Positions 10,145 through 20,934 of a stretch of DNA of 52,478 nucleotides are shown piece after piece. This DNA comes from a virus (taxonomy: Duplodnaviria > Caudoviricetes). The stretch's first letter is position 1. The number at the start of each line of letters is the position of its first letter. The notes under the pieces were generated by a model. The model saw only the letters and a list, made by a program, of their open reading frames with translations, did not search any database and was not told the origin of the DNA. The stretch is from positions 1 to 52,478 of IMG/VR virus record IMGVR_UViG_3300025646_000058; one strand, 5' to 3'. Both the position numbers and the translations under genes were made by a program.

Positions 10145-11970
10145 TATTTAGTAATTAAAAAGTTTATAAATACTGATTGGTAATTTTCTGTAATGTACGA
10201 TTGTGTTGGCGTACTAACTATATTATCACTAAACGAAATTAAAATATCGTTTACCGCTTTTTTTATAATCTTTAAATCTAACATCTGTAAATCTAACATA
10301 TCTTCACTTGATGAAATTGTATTATCTTGTGAGTTGTATTTAACTACCTTAACTACATTAGCTAATACCTTGTAAGCATCACTTGAAACTTGGAAGTCTT
10401 TTATAGATATAACGTTATTAGATTCTGGATAGTTTAATAAAGATATAGATGCTCTATCCTCTATTGTAGGAGTTGAGAAATCTAATTGTGCAACGTTAGA
10501 AACATTAGTTACTGTAAAGTTTAAACTTGGTCTTGCATTATAAGGTGCAGTTGAAAATCTATATTGAACCTCTAATAAAAAAGACATTTGCTCTACAACA
10601 TCAGGTACAACCCCACTTTTAATTGCAGGCGTGTAAGTTTTATTATTGCTACCATCAATCACCTCATTCACCTCAATAGTTGCTGAATCTTCTAAAGTAA
10701 CTGTTACAATATTTTGTAAAGCGTTTACTAAGTCAGCATCTAAACTTAAAGTAAATGTAGTAGTGTTTCCTGCAACAGTTGATACAACTTTTAATTGGTT
10801 ACTAGCAGATACAATATCTACATTGTTTGTAGAACCTAATCCTTGTATTAAAACGTTTCCTCCATCTTCACAGCTACAATCACTCGTACATCCTGTTACA
10901 GCTTGTATCTCTGCTAATATCTTATCTACATTAGTTGAGTTACCGCATTTTAATTGTGTCTGTAAACTACTTAAATACGAATTGGCTAAGATATACGCAT
11001 TTTTATAGTTATTAGCTAAAACATCATTATTTCCTTTGTATTGTAAATAACTATTTAACGTTTTAGAAATGCAACAATAAATGTCACACAATTTAATATC
11101 ACAAGTAACTTCTTTACTTAAAGTTTTCTCTAAGTAAAAAGTTGCTGAAAATCCATTTGTAAGCGTATAGTAATAATAACCCTTTACAGAAAATTCTTGA
11201 TTACCTGTATAGAAAGTTGAAGTGCTTAATACATTTGTAAATCCTACTATCGGATTTAAGCTTAATACACTTGGGAAAAATATCTTATGCTCTTTAGTAT
11301 ATACTATTCCATTAACAGTATTATCAGTTAAAGATTCAACAAATCCAATTATAGTTCTATCTGTTGTTTTATCATAAGCAATACTATCAATTGTGTAAGC
11401 TCCATCATTATTGCTAGAACCTGATATGTTTACTAATTGTGTAACCTTAAATAATCCTACTACGTTACCACTAAAACTAACTGTATTATCAACTGTACTT
11501 ACAGCTACAATAACAGCAGAATTAATTGGAGTTACCCCTGATAAATTATAAGCAGTTGTATCTGTACTTGTTAATAATGGTGATACACAATCTACATTAA
11601 TACTTAAATCAGCAGTAGGTCTGTCTAAATTAAAATTATATGATTTTGTTCTTGTGAATTGTGTAACCCCTGCATCATCAGTCACAGTTAGTGTTACATG
11701 ATAATCACCTTTAACAATATTGTTAGTACCTACATAAACAGGTAAACCAATATTATCTGATAACCTTGAAGAACTTAAATCTAAATCTGGTGAAGCAAAA
11801 TTTACATTGTCGTAAATTGTTCCACTATCGGATACAATCCTAATTAAACCTCTTACATTTGAGGCAGTTACACCTTGTGAGGAATAATCAGTTACATCTG
11901 TAACCTTTAAAAAACTGGTGGTTTTATCGTTTAAAAAGTTAACCGAAAAATCTATACTACTTATAGCCAT
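10144..11970 (-). CDS. Virion structural protein with Cys-rich segment
   Basis: 608 aa, beta-rich; CDIKLCDIYCC..GCTSDCSC cluster; own upstream promoter. Confidence 0.55.
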   Translation of the reverse strand: MAISSIDFSVNFLNDKTTSFLKVTDVTDYSSQGVTASNVRGLIRIVSDSGTIYDNVNFASPDLDLSSSRLSDNIGLPVYVGTNNIVKGDYHVTLTVTDDAGVTQFTRTKSYNFNLDRPTADLSINVDCVSPLLTSTDTTAYNLSGVTPINSAVIVAVSTVDNTVSFSGNVVGLFKVTQLVNISGSSNNDGAYTIDSIAYDKTTDRTIIGFVESLTDNTVNGIVYTKEHKIFFPSVLSLNPIVGFTNVLSTSTFYTGNQEFSVKGYYYYTLTNGFSATFYLEKTLSKEVTCDIKLCDIYCCISKTLNSYLQYKGNNDVLANNYKNAYILANSYLSSLQTQLKCGNSTNVDKILAEIQAVTGCTSDCSCEDGGNVLIQGLGSTNNVDIVSASNQLKVVSTVAGNTTTFTLSLDADLVNALQNIVTVTLEDSATIEVNEVIDGSNNKTYTPAIKSGVVPDVVEQMSFLLEVQYRFSTAPYNARPSLNFTVTNVSNVAQLDFSTPTIEDRASISLLNYPESNNVISIKDFQVSSDAYKVLANVVKVVKYNSQDNTISSSEDMLDLQMLDLKIIKKAVNDILISFSDNIVSTPTQSYITENYQSVFINFLITK

Positions 11971-11992
11971 TTGTATATTTTTATAATTGGGT

Positions 11993-12000
11993 CAAATATA
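11993..12000 (-). promoter_or_regulatory. Bacteroidota -7 promoter element (TATATTTG)
   Basis: TAnnTTTG 23 nt upstream of the 11970 start, just after a terminator. Confidence 0.6.
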
Positions 12001-12001
12001 C

Positions 12002-12032
12002 AAAAAAAACCGATAACAATTTGCTATCGGCT
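12002..12032 (-). terminator. Rho-independent terminator
   Basis: Minus strand CCGATAGCAAATTGTTATCGG hairpin followed by T8. Confidence 0.8.
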
Positions 12033-12054
12033 TTCTATTTTATTTTATTTTTTT

Positions 12055-13167
12055 TTATCCTTCTTTAATTTCGGATAACATCATCTTGATTTTTTGACCT
12101 AAGTCTAAGTCGTTATCAATCAATTCGCAAAACTCTGCCATTGATTTTCCTAAGTTAATATCATTTAATGACTTATCAGAAAACCTTGTCCAGGGACCAG
12201 CTTTATATAAAACTTTATGCTTTAACGCTTCTTTATACAAGATTTCGTTTTCACTATCGTTTGAGGTTACATCTAATCCACTTCTATTTGTAGTGAATGA
12301 AGGCGTTTTCATTAACTTAATTAACTTCTCAATTAACTCATTTGTTTCAGGACTTCTGAAAGATAAATCAGTTAAATACTCTACGTGATTAGTATTGATG
12401 CTAGGTACTTCACATACAGTTTGGATACCTCCTAATGTATATTCAATCTTAGCTCTATCAGCACTTACTTGTAAGTATTGCTCCTCAAAAGCTTTCATTA
12501 CCCAATATTTACGCTTTCTCTCATCAGAGTTCATTTCTTTCTCAAAACGATTTGGATCCATCTGTATCATATCTAATAAGATAGTTCTCATCTCATTCAC
12601 ATTTAACGCTTGGTAATTTCTTACATCAAATGTCATACAGTAAGCCTGTAATTCACTTTCAGTACACTCAAATACTTTACCTTGTAGTTCGTATATCTTT
12701 TTCTTTGTGTCGATAATATTTTCTGATTTTCTTTCTTTATCCTCTTTAAAGAAAATCTCTGGTTTACCTGGCATTCTAAATTCAGAATTAGACCTGTTCC
12801 AATTACACAAATCTAAATATTGTCTTTTTAATTTATCCCTACCATCAACCACTAACATACCATCTACAAAAATGATTTGCCCAAATCGGTTTCTAGGAAT
12901 ATCAATTGAACTTTGCTCATCAGCAAATACACTTGTTTCCCCAGGAATATAACGTATAGTTCTATTACCAGTTCTTTTTTCATTTGTTTTTTTATCTATC
13001 CATGACATATAAACAATATCCTCCGATGGAAGTATTTTGTTTTTTGGATAGTAGCAATCTTCTAATGTTGGATTAACCGCTCGGTTTGTTAAGAAGTAAA
13101 CGTGATTTTTAAAATCATCGTGTGTTGCAGGTTCGTAACCTGTCTTTGGTTTTTCTAATGTGTACAT
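12055..13167 (-). CDS. Conserved post-capsid protein with possible RecA-C-terminal-like domain
   Basis: RTIRY..SVFADEQ..IIFVDGMLVV motif of the gene following MCP in flavophages; C-terminal VLYKAGPW..LGKS. Confidence 0.6.
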   Translation of the reverse strand: MYTLEKPKTGYEPATHDDFKNHVYFLTNRAVNPTLEDCYYPKNKILPSEDIVYMSWIDKKTNEKRTGNRTIRYIPGETSVFADEQSSIDIPRNRFGQIIFVDGMLVVDGRDKLKRQYLDLCNWNRSNSEFRMPGKPEIFFKEDKERKSENIIDTKKKIYELQGKVFECTESELQAYCMTFDVRNYQALNVNEMRTILLDMIQMDPNRFEKEMNSDERKRKYWVMKAFEEQYLQVSADRAKIEYTLGGIQTVCEVPSINTNHVEYLTDLSFRSPETNELIEKLIKLMKTPSFTTNRSGLDVTSNDSENEILYKEALKHKVLYKAGPWTRFSDKSLNDINLGKSMAEFCELIDNDLDLGQKIKMMLSEIKEG

Positions 13168-13200
13168 TTTATTTAATTTAATTTAGTTTACATTTAATCT

Positions 13201-13229
13201 AAAAAAAAGGGGTAAGAATACCCTACCCC
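13201..13229 (-). terminator. Rho-independent terminator after the capsid gene
   Basis: Minus strand GGGGTA-N9-TACCCC followed by T8. Confidence 0.75.
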
Positions 13230-13254
13230 AATTTTATATCTAATCGTTAAGTCA

Positions 13255-14673
13255 TTAAACTCTTTCGATGTAGAAGAATCTGTTACCTCCAATACCTTGA
13301 AAACCACAAGCATCAGAGTATCTCATTGAGATAATATCTTTACCATTCTCGAATTGTGAGAAACCTTCAACTTTCGCTGCTTTTCTTTGTCTAACACCAT
13401 TCTCATCAACTAAGTAACGAACTCTTAATGAAGACATTTTCTCACCAGTTTTTACATCCATCTTAGCATCAGTTGGGATAATCATACCTTCGTGTGGGTA
13501 TCCGTAACCTTGTGCGCCTAATGATTGTAAATCGTTGAAGCTATCCATTGTTTTCTTCTTGAAGATGTAGTTACCAATTTGGTATTGGTTAAATTGGTAG
13601 TTGATAGCTGCATCTTGACCAAAGCTAAAGTTACCAAAAGTAATTGCTCCGTTCATTCTTGAATCAGCTAACACGTTATCAATAGCTACTGATAACTGAA
13701 TACCACACATAAACAAGTTTTCTTTAGCTCCTTTTTGTGAATCTAAAGTAAATACAATTTGATCCATATCAGCTTTAGTAAATCCTACGTTAGCAGCATA
13801 TCCTAAAGTGTTACCTTGTGATTGGATAAAAGGAATTAAACCTTCTGTTGTCATGAAAGGAGTACCAGCAGCAGCTTCTGCATTTGCTAAAGTTACGTTA
13901 GTTGTTTTCTTGTTAGTTAACAATGCTAACTCTCTAGTGTTTAAGAAACGTACATACGCATCTTCCTCACCTTTTAAGATGTAGTATCTTCCTTTTTGTC
14001 CTGATGGAGAAGTAAATTCTACCCAAGTTTTGATACCACTTGCAGTTGCAGGTAATTCAAAAGTTTCTTTAAACAACTGAATGTTGTTTGAGTATTTAGA
14101 AACCTTAGAAACTCTTGATTCAGGTTGAATATCACCTTCACCAAAAGCATTACCAACGATTGCAATTTCAGTATCAGTACCGTATGCAGGAATTGATTTA
14201 CCAGTTTCTAATGGGATTGCTACGAATGTACCTGCTGCTTTATTAACAGAAGTTACAGTAGCTAAAATCATATCAGAAGAACTAGCAGTTCCACTTGCAG
14301 GTTTTAACGCAATAATATCTCTAACTCTTGCAGCGATAATATCCTTATCAGTTGAACCAACAAAAGGAGATTGTGATAAGCTGTAAGAATCTTTAGCAGC
14401 AGCAGCTAAAGTAAATGTTGCAGCAGCACCTGCTCCAGCACCTGCAGTAGTTGCTTTTAATTTAGGATAGATACGACCCTCCTCAAAGTGGAAGTATTCA
14501 TAACCAGTTACAGGTTTCGCATATCCTGCGTTTAATAAAAATTCAGAAAGGTATTGATTTCCATATCGTTTACCTAACTCGTTGTCAAATTGTGGTTCAT
14601 GCAAATCCATTGCAGATACAAATCCAAAATCTGAACTTGCACCAAAAGAACCAGCTTCAAAAGGTAGTGCCAT
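13255..14673 (-). CDS. Major capsid protein
   Basis: 472 aa after portal and scaffold; KRYGNQ, NNIQLFKE and TEGLIPFIQSQGN motifs; followed by a strong terminator. Confidence 0.85.
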   Translation of the reverse strand: MALPFEAGSFGASSDFGFVSAMDLHEPQFDNELGKRYGNQYLSEFLLNAGYAKPVTGYEYFHFEEGRIYPKLKATTAGAGAGAAATFTLAAAAKDSYSLSQSPFVGSTDKDIIAARVRDIIALKPASGTASSSDMILATVTSVNKAAGTFVAIPLETGKSIPAYGTDTEIAIVGNAFGEGDIQPESRVSKVSKYSNNIQLFKETFELPATASGIKTWVEFTSPSGQKGRYYILKGEEDAYVRFLNTRELALLTNKKTTNVTLANAEAAAGTPFMTTEGLIPFIQSQGNTLGYAANVGFTKADMDQIVFTLDSQKGAKENLFMCGIQLSVAIDNVLADSRMNGAITFGNFSFGQDAAINYQFNQYQIGNYIFKKKTMDSFNDLQSLGAQGYGYPHEGMIIPTDAKMDVKTGEKMSSLRVRYLVDENGVRQRKAAKVEGFSQFENGKDIISMRYSDACGFQGIGGNRFFYIERV

Positions 14674-14695
14674 AATTAATAAAAAAGTTTAAAGT

Positions 14696-15919
14696 TTATA
14701 TTCCCAAAATTGCTTTTATGCCTAAATCTCTAGGCGATACTGTTTTTGTTCCTCCGCTTTTTTGACTTCCATCAAAATCCACATTGGATATTTCTTTAAT
14801 AATTTCCTCTGCCTTATAGTTAGCATTTTGTTGAATTAAAGTCTTAACAACTGATTTCCAATTCTTCATCATGAACAAGTCTTGTCGCATTGATTTAAAA
14901 TCGAAAGAGTTATTTTCTTTATCAGCATAACGCTTGTATATTTCAGCAGAATCCGTTATAGATTTTTCTACAAACTGTAAATCCTCCTCGTTAACCTTAA
15001 AGTTATATTTTTTATCTTTGTCTAAGTTAAAAGCTATTTCTTTAAAATCGTTTAAGTTAGTCTTTACTGCTGTATTCCATTTCTCAATCATTTCTTTCTG
15101 TTGTAAAGCTTGTTGCTCCATCTTTGCTTTAGCATCTTTATCTAAACCTGTTAAGTCTAGTTTTGGTAAATCAAATTGTGCATCATTCTTTAAAGCAGAA
15201 AGTTCGTTTCTGTACTCTTTAATCTTGTTTCTCAAAGAACTCTTATACCTGTTATTTTCAAGTATCTCTCTCTTATCAGCATCTTCTTCATCAAAGTTTA
15301 TAGCTGAATCATACATCTCTAATTCAATCTGTATTTCTTTATCAGTTAAACCTTCTCTCTTTAATCCCGATACAAATACATCTCTATCGTTTAAAGCGGT
15401 TACATCTAAAGTTTTTACTTCCGCTATTTGCTTTATCTTATTCCAATCTAAATCACCATCCGTTAATAATGATGCCACCTTACTTAACTCTTCCTCACTT
15501 AGTAAAGGTTTCTTTTCCTTTAGTGATTTGTATTCGTTTACTAATTGTGCAACATCCTCAATCTCTAAATCAGGAAAACTCTCCTTAAACTTAGTATTCA
15601 AATCAAATACACTCTCTTCCTTTACTTCTTCTTTATTAACTTCCTTAGTTTCTGTATCAACTGAAAAATCAAACACATCAGAAGCAACATCTTCATTCTT
15701 ATTATCCACCTCTAAGTTTTTACTCTCTTCTGCAACAATAGTTTCAGTTTTTACTTCTTCTTTTGTTTCAGTCTGAACTTCCTCCTTAGGAGCTTCCTCA
15801 CCTTTACCTGCTACAAAATCTTTAAAGCTTGTTTCGGTTTTTAACTCCTCATCCTCTTTTATTTCAGCGGTAACATTAAGACTTTGCTCAATCTTACCCT
15901 TTAAAATTTCCTCTAACAT
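14696..15919 (-). CDS. Scaffold-like protein
   Basis: Highly acidic, coiled-coil; lies between portal and capsid. Confidence 0.6.
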   Translation of the reverse strand: MLEEILKGKIEQSLNVTAEIKEDEELKTETSFKDFVAGKGEEAPKEEVQTETKEEVKTETIVAEESKNLEVDNKNEDVASDVFDFSVDTETKEVNKEEVKEESVFDLNTKFKESFPDLEIEDVAQLVNEYKSLKEKKPLLSEEELSKVASLLTDGDLDWNKIKQIAEVKTLDVTALNDRDVFVSGLKREGLTDKEIQIELEMYDSAINFDEEDADKREILENNRYKSSLRNKIKEYRNELSALKNDAQFDLPKLDLTGLDKDAKAKMEQQALQQKEMIEKWNTAVKTNLNDFKEIAFNLDKDKKYNFKVNEEDLQFVEKSITDSAEIYKRYADKENNSFDFKSMRQDLFMMKNWKSVVKTLIQQNANYKAEEIIKEISNVDFDGSQKSGGTKTVSPRDLGIKAILGI

Positions 15920-15957
15920 ATTATATTAAATTAAGATAAATTAAACTTATAATATCG

Positions 15958-15965
15958 CAAATATA
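15958..15965 (-). promoter_or_regulatory. Bacteroidota -7 element (TATATTTG) for scaffold/capsid
   Basis: TAnnTTTG in the portal-scaffold intergenic gap. Confidence 0.55.
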
Positions 15966-15988
15966 ATAAAAAAAATCTATAAACAAAT

Positions 15989-18319
15989 TTATTCAAAAGT
16001 TTTTAAACTATTTCCCTCTTTTTTTTCAGGCACATAATCTAAAGCTTTTTGGAATTTAATCTGCTTGATTTTTTCCTCACCTCTTGTTTCTTCTTTCAAC
16101 AATTCACCCTCTACTGTTATACCTGCTAACTTCATTTTGTATTCATACTCCATTTGAATTTCAGCTAACTTAGCCTGGTTCTTAGCTTGTATCAATTGCA
16201 TTTCAGCTTGTGCAGCAGCCATTGCTGATTGAGTTTGCGCTTCTGCATTAGCTTGTTGTAAAGCTAAAGATTGTTGTTGCTGTAACTCCATACGCTTTCT
16301 ACGTTTCTCTTTCAACAAATCAATAGCAACCTTAGTATTAGTTTTTAATACATCTCTTACCTCTAACGCATCCTCTAAGTCTATATTACCAGTTTGTAAA
16401 GCTCTCTCAACCTCCATTAAGATTTGCTCTATCTCATCAACGTTTGGTAATAAATCTATCTTGATACCCAATGTTGCAGAAGAAACTTCTTTATTCAACT
16501 CTAATATATCAATAGTTTCTTTACCTAAAGCAGGAATAAATCCTTTTAATCCGTTTGGATCATACTTAGATTTCATCTGTAACATTGTACCACAATGAGT
16601 AGCTACTCTATTCATTAATGATAAGAAAGCATCAACCAATGGTCTAGTTGTATTTCTTGAAGAACCAATTGCCATTTTTTGTACTCCAACTAATGTCTTA
16701 CTGTTAGGCGTACTTCCATCTCTAAACTCATTTAAACCAGATACAGTTCGTATCATATCTAAATGGTAATTATACAAACTAATAAATCCTTGTATCTCAC
16801 CAACGTTAAATCCATTTGGTGATGATGATATAGGACTTCTTTGCATTGTATTATTATCCAAATCAGTTCCTCTAAAATAGAAGTTACCTGTTTGGTCGTA
16901 AATCTCTACTAATTCTAATGGAGTAATTGAACCATCACCTTTGCCCACAATTACATTCTCTAATCCTGAAACATCAATCATTAAACCACTAGGTTTAGCT
17001 TTAGCTATAAATTGCTGTATCTTTAAATGAATTAATTGTATCTGGTCTGCGTGCGGTATCATACGCTCTACGATTGACTTATTGTCCATATCGTAAATAT
17101 CTTGTGCGTATATCTTAAACCTACTATGTACTTTACTACTATAAGCATTATTATTTTTTGGTCGTGCCATATTCTTACGTAAACCGTAATTCATTATATA
17201 GTCGCTTCCAACTATCCACATACCATCGTAGTAACACTCTAAATCTTTAGATAATACTTCAATCTTTTTCTTAGATTCTTTATTCGGCTCGTAACCTTTA
17301 CTTTTTTTATTCAAAAAGAAACCATCTTCCTGGTAATATTTCTTTTCGTAAGTAACATTAAAGTTACTACTCTTAAACTCAAAATCTAATACATCAATAT
17401 AGAAGTCATCAAAGTTTTCTAAACTTCTTGAATCATCATAATAGTAAGCACCCTTTTCAGATAACCTATCTACTGAATATCCATCCCTATTTCTACCATA
17501 AGTTTTTACTATATCAATTAATTCCTCATCACTTAACGTTTTATTGATTAACCTTAAATCATGAAAATTCATCTTAACAACCTCTCCTGCATATTCTAAA
17601 TCAGAACAGTCAGGTCTAGTAGTATATGGTATAACTAAATTTCTAGGATCAACATAAGCTATCTTAATATCATAGTTAGCATCAAAGTAAGTTTTAATTG
17701 CTCCCCACTTCAATACTATCATATCTCTCAATACACGCTTTTTGATTTCCGATATTTCATTATTCTGGAATACAAAAGATAAAGCTAACTCAATTGCTTT
17801 TTCACTTGATTGCTTATATGTATTCTTTAAATATGATTGTATCTGCTCCTCATTCTCCATTGTAGGCACTTCTTTATCTACAACAGATGTTCCTGCTATT
17901 TGTTCTAACTCTTTGTTTATATCCTTTAGTAAGAAGTTAGCGTATAGCTTGGCTTTCATTTCGTCAAATTGTGTAAGGCTACGGTCATCAATAGCCTCTG
18001 CCGAAACTCTAAAGTCTTGTTCCATTAATTCACCAACTAACAAGTCAACGAATTTAGGAATGATAGGTATGGGAGTAAAATCTAAATTCAAATATGATTG
18101 GTCGCCATTTAAACCTAATAAATCCTTAAACTTATCTATGCTGTGAGTACCCTCTGCATATTTTCGGTTACGAACAAATTTCTCTTTCTTATTAAACAAA
18201 GAAGATGTATCCCTAGTATATACCTCGTATATAGCTCTAGCGTATTTTAAACCATATTCGTTTTCCGACTTCTCCTCCTTACTTGCTGTCCGAGAAGGAA
18301 AATGATAATTTTTATCCAT
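15989..18319 (-). CDS. Portal protein
   Basis: FPS..EYGLKYARAI, SYLNLDFTPIPIIPKFVD and SGLNEFRDGSTP..LVGVQK motifs; directly after TerL. Confidence 0.88.
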   Translation of the reverse strand: MDKNYHFPSRTASKEEKSENEYGLKYARAIYEVYTRDTSSLFNKKEKFVRNRKYAEGTHSIDKFKDLLGLNGDQSYLNLDFTPIPIIPKFVDLLVGELMEQDFRVSAEAIDDRSLTQFDEMKAKLYANFLLKDINKELEQIAGTSVVDKEVPTMENEEQIQSYLKNTYKQSSEKAIELALSFVFQNNEISEIKKRVLRDMIVLKWGAIKTYFDANYDIKIAYVDPRNLVIPYTTRPDCSDLEYAGEVVKMNFHDLRLINKTLSDEELIDIVKTYGRNRDGYSVDRLSEKGAYYYDDSRSLENFDDFYIDVLDFEFKSSNFNVTYEKKYYQEDGFFLNKKSKGYEPNKESKKKIEVLSKDLECYYDGMWIVGSDYIMNYGLRKNMARPKNNNAYSSKVHSRFKIYAQDIYDMDNKSIVERMIPHADQIQLIHLKIQQFIAKAKPSGLMIDVSGLENVIVGKGDGSITPLELVEIYDQTGNFYFRGTDLDNNTMQRSPISSSPNGFNVGEIQGFISLYNYHLDMIRTVSGLNEFRDGSTPNSKTLVGVQKMAIGSSRNTTRPLVDAFLSLMNRVATHCGTMLQMKSKYDPNGLKGFIPALGKETIDILELNKEVSSATLGIKIDLLPNVDEIEQILMEVERALQTGNIDLEDALEVRDVLKTNTKVAIDLLKEKRRKRMELQQQQSLALQQANAEAQTQSAMAAAQAEMQLIQAKNQAKLAEIQMEYEYKMKLAGITVEGELLKEETRGEEKIKQIKFQKALDYVPEKKEGNSLKTFE

Positions 18320-18341
18320 ATAACATTTATCTATCTATTTG

Positions 18342-18349
18342 CAAATGTA
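18342..18349 (-). promoter_or_regulatory. Bacteroidota -7 element (TACATTTG) for portal
   Basis: TAnnTTTG in the 40-nt TerL-portal gap. Confidence 0.5.
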
Positions 18350-18359
18350 ATAAATATTA

Positions 18360-20426
18360 TCAATTGTACCTTTTGTTTTTATATGTTTTTACTAAACTAT
18401 TTATTTTTAGCTTATTAACGCTTAATTCTTCGTGCGTTCTGTTATACCTTGTTGAACCTGCTAATGCCAAAACTGCTGCAACAAACTCATCGTAATCTGT
18501 CCACTTATCTGGCTTAAACGAAATCAGGCACTTGCACAATTTGTTAAATAGCATATTCCCATAACGCTCCTCACTCTCAAAGTACCCCACATTCTCATTG
18601 ATATACATTTCCATCATCTCCATTAAATTCTGCCTTAACTCGGCACTATTCATTGGAATACCTTTCTCCTTCTGTTTCTTTGATGAAAAACTTACGTGCG
18701 TACTCTTAGGTCTATCCATTAAGTAAAACTCCTTACCTTTCATTCTAAAGTAATTAATCAAACCTATCTTGTTATTCTCCGCTAATACCTCACAACCATA
18801 AAATACACAAGCCTTTAATATATCCTCCCAAAAGTCCTCTGGGTTACTTGGTCTGTTTACATACTCGCATACGAACATTTTGCTGAATTGTGCATCCATC
18901 ACGCTCAATTTCTTAAACACATAAAACGCTCCGTTTGAACGCCTACTGTCTGTTGTTATCCTATGGTCAAAGGGGTCAACCCCTGCACTTAAACTCAAAA
19001 AGTTTATCGGCTTTATTACACCTTGCACAATTTGTGTCTTGTTCCTATAATCAACCTCTGGAAACCATAACACACTAAACCTACCATTCTCACTAGGTAA
19101 AAAATCAACAACTGTCTTAGCCTCATCTTTCCATACAAAATTACCTTTCGTTATAAATGAAGCAGGTAAGGTATTGTTATATTCAATCTGCTCATTTAAT
19201 CTTATTACATCAAAGATACTGTCCTTACCATCCATGTAAAAAGCCTCATCAATATCCAATGGATACTTCCTTTTGTGTGAAGCTAATGCAATTGAATTTA
19301 ATCCTATTCTTGATTTTTTAATGTAAGTTAAAGAGCCTTCTGTTATCCACTCACCATCCATACCCATTAATGGTTCTTTTGGATCATTTATAACACTTCT
19401 TCCATATTCATCTATAAATCCTTCCAAACCATGAGTAGCAGGTTTAAAATATCTCAACAATCCTGATGGAGTTGTTTCCCTACCGTTCTTCTCTGCTTCT
19501 GCTAAATCACTATCTAACCATAACCTATAACAATTCTCCCCTCCTTTTTTTTCCATTTCTTCCACAGTCGAAGTGTGCAACGATTTACCTACTACACGCT
19601 TACCTATCTTCAAACACTCTTTCACAATTAACCAACGATTGTAAACATCAACCTCCAAAGTCTTACCTATCTCATCATCATAATAGAACTTCAACTTTGT
19701 ACCATCATACGCCTCCTCCGTACTAGGTTTAAATCCAATAACTGAATTGATTACATCTTTATACGTTTTCTTACCAATCTTCGTAGTCCTTGTTCCTGGC
19801 TCTTCAAACCTCAACTCCTTTTGCGGATTACTATCCCCACTATCTACTGGCTTCATGTAATGCTCCAACTTCTTCCATGAAGAAACTAACTTTGAAAAGA
19901 TAACCTTAGCATCACCCAACGTTTTACTTTGGATACCTGTTAAGCTTTCTTTATTCATAGTCGCTATATTATACAATACAGCAGTCGAACGTGCAGTCTT
20001 ACCATCACGCCTGTTAGTTAATTGCATTAAACCTAAGCACCAACTTAGATTTTCTGTGTATTGAAATAAATGAAAGAAATCCCTATCTGATTCTTTGTAA
20101 AAAGCAAAACCTTCTGGTAATCTCCAATAAACCAAAAAGAAATAATGATGCCCTGTGATATATGTTATCTCTCCACAATTGTAAAACCAAAAGCCTTCTC
20201 TCCTACGTTTAAATTCCCTAGTCAAATATTCAATCTGCTTTTCAGTATCTAACGCATCAAACGCTTTCTCCCCTAATATATCATTTGGTCTAAACCATTT
20301 CTGTTCCTCTACCTTTAAATTCCACCCCATTATCTCCTTCTTGTCTTTAGGACATTCTGGTAATTCAAAGGTATATTCTCCAACAGTTACTTTTCTGTTG
20401 AAGTCTTTAGGTAATTGTGCAACCAT
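18360..20426 (-). CDS. terL: Terminase large subunit
   Basis: YITGHHY, Walker A-like NRRDGKT, YYDDEIGK Walker B, KYP..EAF, nuclease GVDPFD and LAENNK. Confidence 0.92.
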   Translation of the reverse strand: MVAQLPKDFNRKVTVGEYTFELPECPKDKKEIMGWNLKVEEQKWFRPNDILGEKAFDALDTEKQIEYLTREFKRRREGFWFYNCGEITYITGHHYFFLVYWRLPEGFAFYKESDRDFFHLFQYTENLSWCLGLMQLTNRRDGKTARSTAVLYNIATMNKESLTGIQSKTLGDAKVIFSKLVSSWKKLEHYMKPVDSGDSNPQKELRFEEPGTRTTKIGKKTYKDVINSVIGFKPSTEEAYDGTKLKFYYDDEIGKTLEVDVYNRWLIVKECLKIGKRVVGKSLHTSTVEEMEKKGGENCYRLWLDSDLAEAEKNGRETTPSGLLRYFKPATHGLEGFIDEYGRSVINDPKEPLMGMDGEWITEGSLTYIKKSRIGLNSIALASHKRKYPLDIDEAFYMDGKDSIFDVIRLNEQIEYNNTLPASFITKGNFVWKDEAKTVVDFLPSENGRFSVLWFPEVDYRNKTQIVQGVIKPINFLSLSAGVDPFDHRITTDSRRSNGAFYVFKKLSVMDAQFSKMFVCEYVNRPSNPEDFWEDILKACVFYGCEVLAENNKIGLINYFRMKGKEFYLMDRPKSTHVSFSSKKQKEKGIPMNSAELRQNLMEMMEMYINENVGYFESEERYGNMLFNKLCKCLISFKPDKWTDYDEFVAAVLALAGSTRYNRTHEELSVNKLKINSLVKTYKNKRYN

Positions 20427-20770
20427 TATTTTTTACTTTTCATTGCCATTTCATATACGCTTCCACTTTCCCTATCTATCTCCTGCACATACTCATCACC
20501 CAACCCTGCGTATATCTTATCCAAAGTTTCTACGTACTTAGATATATTATCTGCATACTTAAACGCTCTATCCATAATCTTGTCATCTTTATTCGATGCT
20601 TCCTCTTCGGATATTGCAGACATTAAAATTTTATTGTTGTTGTGGATAAACGTGCGTAAACTCTTATACGTTTCACATTTAATACTATCGGTATTCAAAT
20701 CACGTAATTTAGATTCTAAATGCTCCACATACTTACGTGCTTCCACATCTTTGATTATTGGTCTTTTCAT
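20426..20770 (-). CDS. Hypothetical protein, terminase small subunit position
   Basis: Small helical protein translationally coupled to TerL; ATG at 20770; promoter at 20802-20809. Confidence 0.5.
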   Translation of the reverse strand: MKRPIIKDVEARKYVEHLESKLRDLNTDSIKCETYKSLRTFIHNNNKILMSAISEEEASNKDDKIMDRAFKYADNISKYVETLDKIYAGLGDEYVQEIDRESGSVYEMAMKSKK

Positions 20771-20810
20771 TGTATTTAATTTAATTTGATTTAACTAAAC
20801 ACAAATATAT

Positions 20811-20841
20811 AAAAAAAAGCCTACTAAATTAATAGTAGGCT
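20811..20841 (-). terminator. Rho-independent terminator
   Basis: Minus strand AGCCTACTA-TTAATT-TAGTAGGCT plus T-run. Confidence 0.8.
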
Positions 20842-20934
20842 CTCTTAAAACATGAAGAAATCTAAGAAAAGAAAAGTTGGCAGTACAAATGTAATATTAT
20901 TTTTCTAATAAAATAATCTTTTACTGAAAAAAAA

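Noticed and set aside
13352-13360. Dispersed motif resembling the lac operator (AATTGTGAG) or CRP half-site
   Set aside because: The enriched form has Y-A after TGTG; AATTGTGA was seen only rarely and lacO/CRP-type dyads are absent; not vector contamination
14934-15776. 280-aa plus-strand ORF and other antisense ORFs (e.g. 10646, 17742, 39785, 42316, 46097)
   Set aside because: Shadow frames of Glu/Lys-rich genes on the opposite strand; Ser/Phe/Leu-rich and without leaders
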